From positions 992,001 through 1,056,000 of the forward strand of contig JAYWIR010000003.1 of NCBI GenBank assembly GCA_036172245.1: 64,000 bases of DNA. Reading direction: 5' to 3'. Shown here one piece after another: positions 53,819 to 64,000 of this stretch. The number at the start of each line of letters is the position of its first letter. Position 1 is the first letter of the stretch. The notes under the pieces were generated by a model. That model was not told the origin of the DNA and made no database searches. It saw nothing but the letters and a program-made list of their open reading frames with translations. The DNA is from Raillietiella orientalis (Eukaryota). The translations under genes were made by a program, and so were the position numbers.

Positions 53819-55161
53819 CTAATCCATATATTGGGCAAGCCAACGAAATCCTTCTCCATATCCTTGTCTTTTAAGCACACTACACATGAATAATTCCAAG
53901 GGGCGGCCAGGTAATTCAGCTCGGCTTAACTTATTCTACAAACATAAGTGTGCCCTGAATACTGTAAAGTTGTACCTTCCCAGTTGTGACACTGTACAAT
54001 CCAAACACATGGCGCAGCTCATCCTCAGATGCAGCCCCTGACCGATCAATTTTGTTGCCCAAGATGAGAACAGGGCAATTTGACAGCTGTTCATCAGTTA
54101 AAAGGCTGTTAAGTTCTGCTTTGCTCTCTGCAAACCGGGCACGATCACACACATCTATCAGGAACACAATGGCGTCTACTGCTGGGAAGTAGTCCTTCCA
54201 CACTCTTCGTGCTGAACATCGTCCATCAATTTAGAAAATGAAGCACATTGTGTTACCTTGATGATGACCTCCTAAGTCAAATGTAGTGAATCGCATGTTG
54301 CCAATGGACAATTCCTCTGAAGCTATACAACAAACATGGAAAACTAAGTTTTGACTAATTAATTAATACAAACTTGGATGCAGTGTGGGTACATGCTGTG
54401 CCATTCTGTCATCCTTGAGCATATGAAGCAGTGTTGTCTTTCCTGCATTATCCAAGCCAAGGAATAACAATTTGCCAGATTTTTTATATAAGCCTAAAAA
54501 ACATTTTCTGACTTAAAGCATGATCATATCAGAACATTATTTGGAATTCAAACTGTAGCTTCTTTTAAGGTGCTACTTTGCTGCAGTACTTCTAAAATTG
54601 CTTAATAACTTGAATAAACCGACTAAATAGGTATTGAAACTTACATAAACATCATAATGAGAGCACTACGATTGCAATCCGAAATATTTTTCTTGGTTAT
54701 TCGCTAAAATTTTACGATCAGTTGAAGTGTCAGTCAAAATGGTAAATAACTCGAAAGCTGATGGTAAATTTGTAGTTCTTTTTTATGCTTTTGTCTAACA
54801 TTAGGCATCAGCATTTACGATTTCGCTCTGTTTGTAAGATGATTTGCAATACTTTTTTGTCAAGATTTATACACGAGGGTTCCTAATGATGCAAATTTTT
54901 AGCAGGTCTGCATTATGAAAACATTTTAGCAATACATATGCAAATACAAATTTCTTAAAAGATCTTGTAACATCTTACGGTTTCCCTGTCACTTAGCTTT
55001 TCAGTAACTCGCCTCCGCAACATCAAGCTTTTATAAAATTTCAGTGAAACAAACACACTTTAATTCTCAGTTTATCCAAGCAGAATGTCTAATGAAATAT
55101 ATAATAAACACTGATTACCTAAATAATTTAATACACTGGTAAACCAATCCCACACGAACAT
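53819..55161 (-). CDS. SAR1: Sar1 small GTPase (COPII); exons 55119-55161, 54374-54493, 54257-54322, 53976-54211, 53819-53935 (193 aa)
   Basis: [77 protein letters not shown]. Confidence 0.97.
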
Positions 55162-58100
55162 GGTATTACGTATATCAACATCAGTACATCATAATTACCA
55201 GCAAAACCATACGAAGTCACCAGCAGCAGTGACTGCATAACAAGCCGTTGTGAATTTTGTGAATATGATTAAGAATTCGATGAACTAGGAAAAAAAAAAA
55301 GAAGCAATTACTCCAATGAACAGTCATTTATTATTCAACGGTGACCTGATATAATGGAGTCAAAGCTACAGAATATTACTTGTGAATTTCGTTAATTTGG
55401 ATTCTATAAAGTATAAATTATGCAAAATGTGTTTTCATATACATTTCAGAGTTATACACTCGAATTATTCTTTTAGCAAATGGTTTTTTTATTAATAGAT
55501 TATCTGAATGGTTTTTTCTTTTATTTTCAATTACTGTCTAAAGATTATGGACTGATTTTCAATGGTATTACCGAGATTGTTATATCTGTTTCAAAGAGAA
55601 CCCAAGGCATTCAACTTGTTTAGTCAAAATGCATCACTGTTTCTTTTAAATCAGTGTCAGTGTTGATTTCAAAAACTGAACAGTCTTTGTTATGTGTTTG
55701 AATACAGTGGCCTTTGAAATCAGCAAAATTCATAATCAATTTTACATAAATAAGGCTGCTTCTGTACACTCTGGTTCACTCTTCTAGAAAAATGGAGGAC
55801 AAATGAAACTCTGCTTCCAAAAAATGTTCCGCTAAATGTCATGCTAATTATCAAGATGTACTATCGCTTCACGGTGCAAATTTGGATGATTCCAAAAACT
55901 TGTATGGTTCCAGATTTGCACTCTAACTACGTAAATGGATACTGTGCTCAAAATACAGCTAACAAAATTGAAATAATATTCTCTATTTCTTGGAATACTC
56001 TGTGACCCGGATTTTATTTTTATGATGAAAGATATCATTACAAAATACATCTGAAAGCTTGTGTAAAAGTGTTCTATAGAGAATAAACCAATTATTTTAA
56101 CATCTGAAACGATTTTTAATAGGAATAGATAGCCTAGTTACAATGCACCTACCAGAGAACTGGATTAAGCAATCAGTAAACACAGATTTTGGTTCTTCAG
56201 GAGAAGCTTTTGTGATAAAGTCTCAGATATGCATACAGAGGACAATATTTGTGAAGTATCACAGTTAAAAAGAAAAGGGTTATTCGACTGATGAAGCCAC
56301 CTAAGAATATCATTACATTTCCCCAGATTATGATTTATGAGGAGTTATTGGTTTAAATTAAATAAACGAAGTTCCTAACTTTAAAAGAACCTCTTGGGAA
56401 TTTTGGGAGAATTATCGTAATGTGCAGGATTTTATTATCTTTTAGATCGAAGAGAGGAGCAACGTTTTGACCACTGCACTATGGCAAGAATTTCCTCGGA
56501 TCTTCGAGATATATCTGCTAATATTTTCTAGCTTGACTAAAATGCACATACATCATTATCAGAATGAACACTGCATTCGGTTCCTTCATTATGAATATCT
56601 TAAGGCAGTTTATTTTACTATGATTCACATATACTGAATATGACCCTGATTTGTATTGAAATCACAGAGTCCTGAATGTGTTTTTCAACTGTCAAGTTAA
56701 TCAAGAACGAAACGCTCCAAATCAGCATGGCTCAGAGAATTTCCAGGGGGAATGAATGACACACAAATTAATAAAAAATTTTCAATTATTTCTCATGCAG
56801 CAAGGTGCCACAAAAAGTGCACACTGTTATAAGGCGCGCCTGATGCCCTTCGGCAATCCCCTTACTTAACCATGGACTCATCCTAAAAAGACACTGCTTC
56901 GTTTTTGTAAGAGACCGGAAGAATGCTGCTTAGCACGCATTCACTGAATTTTGATCCTGAAGGAGAAATTAAAACCAAGCACTTTGCTGTTGTACATTTC
57001 AAATGCAGTATTTAATTTGAAGGAAATTTCTGGAAACCTAGGAACATACTTATCACTTGAAAATCTTTATTCATTAGATCTTTATTTGTAAACTGTTTTC
57101 ACCAACTTGGAACTGATGTATTTGATTCGAGTGTTCTCAAGAAAACGAGTGCAGAATATAGAAGTCGGTGAGCGACCACATTCGGCCATTTTGGTGGCGT
57201 TGAACGAGTTGGCCACTGGTTCTCTGCCACCTCCCTGGCTTTCCACTCCAAAAAATGGAGCGAATGAATTTGGAGACGACACTTTCCAGGACAAAGTGAA
57301 ATCTCCAGGAAAACTACCAACGTGACAAATAAGGAATCGGGGCTCTCGCAGGGGAAAGCACTGGAATTGTGGTGAGCATGGGGAATGCTGAAGACAGAGA
57401 AAATGGTGACAACCAAATTCTCCGACATTCGATGTAGCGTAGCTTCGGAGATTTCACTTGGGTGAAACTGTAGTTTGCATTCCATCAGCTTATTGCTTTC
57501 AGCGTGACAAAATCCATATATATGTTTAAGCACTGGGAAAAATATTTTCTTTTCTTTTCTTTTTTAGTATGGAAGTACTTTTTAATGAAATCACGTGGTA
57601 CTGAATTACGTAGATGCTTGAACACCACTCTAGAAAGCACAGCAGCAAAGGAACGTCAAGTCGACATGTCTTAGTTCAATTGCACAGAACAGAAGGAAAA
57701 CACACTTAAAACATTGCAACGATCACGAATTCCCCGGTGAAAACATTTATTTCGTAAAACCTTTGGGTAAAATCGAAACGATGGAATTCTGTTTTGGAGA
57801 AAAAGTGGCTGGAAAGTATGGCTGAAAAACAACAAAGGATGTCCTCCCCCCCTTTTTTTCAACTTCTTGCGATATGTTCAAAAGCCGATTTCACTAATTC
57901 GAAATAATGCCACGGATGTGATGGCGAGGGTTGAAAGCAGCTCGCCCCAAAATGGACGACCATGGCTTTGAAGGATTTGCACTCGGAATGTGCAGACGCA
58001 GGCGCGATCCACTTCAAATGCAATTCTGGAAAAACAAATCGTTGCACACGGGGAGAGGGGGGGTGGGGAACCACAAAACTCCTAAGGATCGAAATATTAA

Positions 58101-58249
58101 GAAGAATGGTTAAGCTTTCATTCATACAGCGAAAACGGAAAAAAAAAGGAAAAAGAAGAAGAAGAAGAAGAAGAAAAAAAAACGCTCGAATCATAGAGAA
58201 GTTTATTCTCCAACTAAAAAGCACGAAACGAATTAACAACCCTTTTCTT

Positions 58250-59280
58250 TTAAAAAAGAAAAAAGCACCACGAGTACCAAATGACGGAATGCGGTCCACG
58301 GGATTTCGAGCATCGCAGCGGGCTCCCGTTCAATCCCCACATCCTCGTACACAGGAACATGGTCACCATGGAACGAGATCCGAAAACTGATGACACCACA
58401 TCCAACTCCAGTTCCAAATAGCGGTGGGGGGGGGGAAGGTATACTGAAAGTTTTGCCTTTCCGTGTGCACTCGCCAAAACCCCGGTGCAAACGGAGTGCG
58501 AGATGATGAGGTGGAAAAGTGCTCCCAGAAATTGTATGGGGACGCGCTGGGCGTTCTGACCGTTTCCGTGTGGTTTCGGCCAATGCAGCCTTCCTTCCTC
58601 AGACTTTTGGGAGGATCACGAAGAGAAATTCAGCACGTTCCGGAGCGTTTCGTGGTGGACACCCACAGATGAAAAAACCACACCCAAAGGCGAGACACCG
58701 TCAGACCACACTTTCCGGATGATTGGTTGAATCCCGCACTCGTGTACAGAATTCTGTACCGCACCCCTCTCTAAACTGCCCCCTATCGTGGGAGGTGGAG
58801 ATCGTGGGGAAACCTACCAACCACTGGACGCCTTTCTTATTCCTTTGGCTATCCATCGCAGTTTTTGCCAGCAAAGTCGAGTTTCCACACAACTCCCTGA
58901 CCCAAGACGTGTTGCTGAAGAGCACATTTTGTCGTGAACTCTCCGCTCCACTCACTCCAATAAGCAGCTTCACACGAATCCTGTGTATCAATCCTTTTGT
59001 ATACCGAAACCACTGGACCCTCACTCGCGCTCTGCATGCCGCCCGCCGGCACCTGCAGTGCATCCCTCGAACACTTAACACGAACACAGATGTAATGTCG
59101 AAAACACCGATGCTTTTGCAGGCAGCGAAAACTGCTGATTCCCTGGAAGCTTGGATTCTGGATTTTCCCAGAGTCCTCGCTGTACAGTTCTGGGGGAGCG
59201 AGAGCAGCGCGGTGGATCAAATCTTGTACACAACGAAAGAGATCCCCCACATGACCTCGTGCACTCGCCCTTTATGTAAA
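58250..59280 (-). mobile_element. Degenerate LINE 3' end relic (RNase H plus knuckle region)
   Basis: RYTKG (cf. IYTDG), LALRLHRGF..PPPPL..GCG..HVPVY (cf. RLRxGH..PPxC..CG..CPxY); GC-rich block resembling the other relics. Confidence 0.3.
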
Positions 59281-60351
59281 TAAGTTGTGGAATCACTGTT
59301 CGCGCTTACACATAATTCCAATAAAATTGAACCATATTCCTTATTCATTAAATCATCAGTTTATTCACGTTCTGCTTCGATACTTACCTACGAATTTAAG
59401 TTTTCTCTCTCTCTCTCTCTTTTTTTTGCATTGAAAGCACTTCGTTTTATACAATCAATTGATTTCAATAAAATAAAATAAAAAAAAAAGTCACATCTGA
59501 GATTGTTTAACATAACTTGCATGCACTAATGAGGTTTTAACTATGCAAGCAAAATTATAATCAGAAGACCTTTTCTGTTCATGATATTCACTGTTTTAAA
59601 ATGTACACTGGCATAAAGCTTGCAAATGTCAACAGTTCTCTTTGGATTTTGTTTCAACATAACAGTATCAACAAAATCCAAACTTGCATGCTATGCAAAT
59701 TTCTTGTGAAACGCTACAACAAAATTCCAAATAGACCACATAACTTTTATTTCCAAGAGCTCACTTATGCTATGGCTGCACAATTTCCTGGGCTGTTTTT
59801 ACGAAGCAAATTCGCTTGGTTACTAATATGGATCGATATACAAGAGAATTATAAACAAGATTGGAACAATCAAGATACACTTTGGCTTATCTAGCGTTTT
59901 GTACCACTTAAAAGTACTACATCTATCTAAATGCAGGAAAATAGCTTTAGCAGATGATACTGACGATGATTAACATCAATTTTATAAGAAACATGATATC
60001 AGATTAGTTGAGTATAGACAGTTTTCTTATTTTAAAGGTCATTCACATAATATGTAACAAGATAAGTGCAGAATTATACTAATATATAATAAATTCATTT
60101 TTATCAAATGATGGAAAAAATTTACTCAAAAATACATATTCTCCACAGGTTTTCAATGTGTTGTATAACTAGCATCTGTAAGTCACCCTTCAGAATTAAA
60201 AAACATCAAAAAGGTAACATTTAATTGAATCTTCAAGAAAGCTCAATTTCATCTCAGCCTCTATATTCAATGGAGGTAAATTGTGTACAAATAACTTATC
60301 ACAATGGTAATCCAGAGGAAGGAGTTGCAGTTGAAATTCTTGTCTAAAGTT

Positions 60352-63300
60352 TTAATTCAATGATCCCCTGCAACAAGGAGCTCCACACAAACATGAAATT
60401 TTCTCCTCTTCTAAAGGAAACTTATAATCATAAGTAATTTCTTCATTAATACCAATTGGCTGCTTGGAATAAATGACAATTTTTTTCTGACCTTCAACAG
60501 TTACAACTTTAGCATAGCAGTTTGGCTAAAAAAGAAAAAAAAAAAAGGCAAAACATTGAATTCATGCAAAAAAAAAAGAGAGAGAGAGGAAAAAAAGGCT
60601 CACATTGCAGCTATGGTTAATGAACCTGGCCAAATTTCCACAACGTGTGGCATCTATGATGGCATCTGTGTCGACACGAAACAAGTAAGAGCTACCAATG
60701 CCTAATTTTTCATATTGTTTTTCTCGAAGATCTGCTACCACTGGGCGAACCATCTGACCCACATACTCAATGACCATCTCATCAGCAGCAATTGGCTCCA
60801 AAGCAAACAAGCCCCAGTCATGGATACCAGAACGTGAAAATTTCAAGTGCTTTTTCCTGAACTGTATAAAAAAAAAACTATGCTGCTGAACTTAGCTGCA
60901 AATACCAACAAACCTTAAGCTGGTTGAATTTCAAAAGATCACTATCAGTTTCATTGCCAAATGCAGCTAGCAAACGACGCTGGTTACTTCGTGCCTCTCG
61001 AAACATTGCTTGCACTGTTTTGGAAACATCCAGGGTATTGGATGGCGGTTGCATGGCAGCTTCCATAGCTGAATGTGCATAGCGATGCTGAAAAGGTTGG
61101 TTGACGCATTAATCCCAGACATAAAAAGAGAAATACCCGGAAACGCGCTTTTTCCAAGGAGCTCAACTGGTAGAAGCCTTCTGTTCGAGCACAGCCAGAT
61201 TCATGGATTCGGATGCCTTCATGTTTCCTTTTTTTTTGTGGAGTGCGCACATCAGTGAATGGCACAATTAAGGAAGCAATTAGCATTTCTAAAAACAAGC
61301 AAAAACGCAAAGGATATTTGGATGATCCACCCAATGAGTGTCATTAAGCCAATAACTGTTCTCATCATCGGCCAGCAAAGTTTCGTAACTTCTCTGCAAA
61401 AATGCCACATCTTCAGCATCAATACCACGTGCCAGGAATTCAAATAAAATGGCCATTTCCTGAACCAGTGTTCTTTTGAGAAACAAAGTCTTAGCACCAG
61501 AAGAGCTAGAAGCTGGCCGCCGTCCATATTTGTGATCATGGCTGGAAATAGCTTTTTCAGGAAGGAATGGCTTTTCTGCATCTTCCACGACCACTGCATT
61601 TTCTTGCTTATTAGAAGGTATACAATAGCCATGGTCCAGTAGAGCTGGAGCCGATTTCTTGCGGCCCTTGATCTCATTTGCTGAAGCAAAGTAAAGACAC
61701 AAAGGACTTATCAAATGCTAACCGGACAAATGATTGCCTAACTCCTCGACAGCCGCAGTTGCAGTACCAGGAGTTGGCCATGATGACATTGCTGCCTCCT
61801 CTGTGTCACAAATAGGACTGGGTTGTCTAGCATTGTAACTATTGCTTGCTGAACTGTCAGATATCTCATCATCGGATTCTGGAGATGATGTAGCAGCTGT
61901 AGGATCTAATGAGAATAAACTTATGACTAAACATCAGTATCACCTTCCTCTTCTTCAATATCACTCTCCACAACTGGTTTGCTAGCTTCTGTGTCTTCAA
62001 CTGCCTCGGGCAATGCCACAGATGTATCTTGCTCATTATCACTCTCTTCCATATCAGGCCAGGAATCCTCATCTATGTGAAGTGGGGAAGGAGATCGACG
62101 TTTGATCTTCTTCTGTTAATACATAGCAAATCGTGAACAGCGCATACATATTCCAGTTTACCCTAAAGGACGGCAGTTTAGGTAAAGAGGCACGAAAACC
62201 AAGACGAAAATTTTCGAAGTTATAGCATTCTACTCCCAGCTGGTCACGTGCTTCTAAGAGCAAAGACAATGAATTGAATTCCTGCTTAGCTGGTTTTTCC
62301 AACGTGGCTCCCGGATCCGTCTCCTGCAAATGGGTCTAAAAAGCCCATTAAATATGCGAGAATTGAACCTTGAATTGCCTCAAGTTGTCATCCCACCAAT
62401 TCTCAAAGCATTTGAAAGCTGTGTTCTCGATCATCTTCTTGCTGAAGTCCTTCTTGAGAATCTGCTTAAGCTCTGCTATGATTTGCGTTATCACCAAGCT
62501 GGCAGCATACAATCAACCCAGTGCCAGTGCACCATCCCACTTACTTTACAGTATCACATTTGGATTCATCATCAACACTGTCAGGATAGGAGTGAGGAGG
62601 TGGATAACGTGGCACTGCAACAGGGAAAGGAGGATAAGCATGCTGGGAATACACGGGAAACTGATTTGAGATGTTGGAATAGAAAGGGTACATTGGTCTT
62701 CCGGAGAGCACAGGAGAATAATACCACCCATAAACTCCAGAAGGGGGAGGGAGCATGTATGGAGGGGGGCGGAAATAATTGACAGGATGAAAAGGTGATG
62801 GAAGACCTGAAGGAACTGGCAGATGTGCATACCCTGCATAACCAGTACAACCATTGGAGGTCTGATCTAAGGGCATGCCAGTTTGAGGAGGGCTGGAAGT
62901 TAGAATCTTTTCCTCTCCTGAGCTCAGACTAGACAAAGACATGCAGTCGTCTTCCGAGACGCAGCTAGCTTTCTCAGAATTTGTTTGCTCAGAAGAGCTG
63001 CTCTCAGCATATGCTTCATGCTTGAGATCTTCAAAATGCCATCGGCGACGTTTTTGCTTTTGGATCTTCCTGCCAATCTCACGTCGCATGGAATCTTCAA
63101 TAGATTTGCAGGTCTGGATGTTTTTCAGCGCACTCTCCACATTGGCCAGAATCATCTCTGTTTCATGTTGATCCTGTTCTTTTAATTGCAAAATTCTGTC
63201 CTTGGTGAATTGATGCCATTTCAAATATAACTCGTGATTTAAAAAAGGAGATGGAGGATGACTAAGAGGTTCAGAATCCTGCTCAGCAGGCACACTATCC

Positions 63301-64000
63301 AACACTTCCGAACAAAAACTACTGGAAGGTGGTCCATGATGACTGGATGAAGAGGAAATGTCTTCCTCTGATAATTCACTTACAGGATGTTCAGCAGGCA
63401 ATTCTTCACTGCCTGAGTCACTCAGACCTAGATTGACAAGGGAACTTAGCCCACCTTCACTTTTTCCCTTCAGAAGTAACTCAATTCTCTTGTCCAGGCT
63501 CATTTTATTCTGACTATCAGAGTCACTGTCCTCACTGCTACTACCTTCTCTGCTGTGACTTGCAGAAGGATAAACGGAAATCTGCTTTTCATAATTCACA
63601 CAAGAATCTGGGAACACTTTGCAAGTAGCCATTGGTGGAGGACAATTTGCATCCCACAAAACAGGGGTGCCAGCTAAACTTGGTGGTTGCGGAGGAGGTA
63701 CCCTATCCCATCCTGGAGGGGGCCATGGAGCATGTGGTGGAGGGGGAGGGGGGAAGCTATGGTATTGGTTTATTGTATATGAATAACCATCAGCTATCCG
63801 AAGAGGATGTGGGGGTGGCAAATGACTGAGCGAAGGGGGAGGAACATGAATTGGTGGAGGAAACTGTTGAGGAAAATCCAATACAGGGGTTACTCTTGAA
63901 GAAGCTGAGTGATAACCAAAATCAGATGCAAAACTGCTTCGATCTACACTTAAATAACTTTTTTCACTATAAGTATAGCTTTTGTCACTTAGTACTGAGA
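60352..64000 (-). CDS. SETD1: Histone H3K4 methyltransferase SETD1/Set1, 5'-partial; exons 62545->63994, 62369-62498, 62162-62323, 61944-62112, 61723-61905, 61318-61680, 61137-61258, 60914-61087, 60604-60861, 60352-60525
   Basis: [51 protein letters not shown] motif [27 protein letters not shown] domain ([33 protein letters not shown]), post-[16 protein letters not shown]. Confidence 0.97.
61259..61317 (-). other. U12-type (minor spliceosome) intron in SETD1
   Basis: 5' end ATATCCTTT, branch site TTCCTTAAT; conserved protein sequence resumes in another frame and I found no suitable GT-AG solution. Confidence 0.9.

Overview
Animal (probably arthropod-like invertebrate) nuclear DNA; the species cannot be identified from sequence alone. 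AT-rich, gene-dense blocks carry housekeeping genes with very short introns (mostly 38-55 nt): SRRM2/cwc21-like (-), LSm7 (+), a Ly6/three-finger protein (-), an intronless AUH-like enoyl-CoA hydratase (+), ERGIC1 (+), TFAM (+), CDK1 (-), MRPS24 (+), Sar1 (-) and the 3' part of SETD1 (-). Exon chains were assembled by hand and are phase-consistent. GC-rich blocks (about 1-8.5, 35-50.3 and 57.6-59.3 kb) consist mostly of eroded non-LTR retrotransposon relics, plus a mariner-derived fold-back element and a mucin-like gene fragment. Main observations: (1) the intronless AUH gene lies directly behind a decayed tandem copy of the ERGIC1 5' region, and both loci share a 508-bp block that reads as identical and ends just past a candidate splice donor; (2) SETD1 has a U12-type intron whose reading frame requires AT-AT termini; (3) several repeats show near-identical cores inside diverged flanks, suggesting recurrent gene conversion; (4) convergent genes have stop codons only 9 and 29 nt apart, with AATAAA overlapping the stop of the + strand partner. 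All alignments and identities were judged by eye; no database search was possible.
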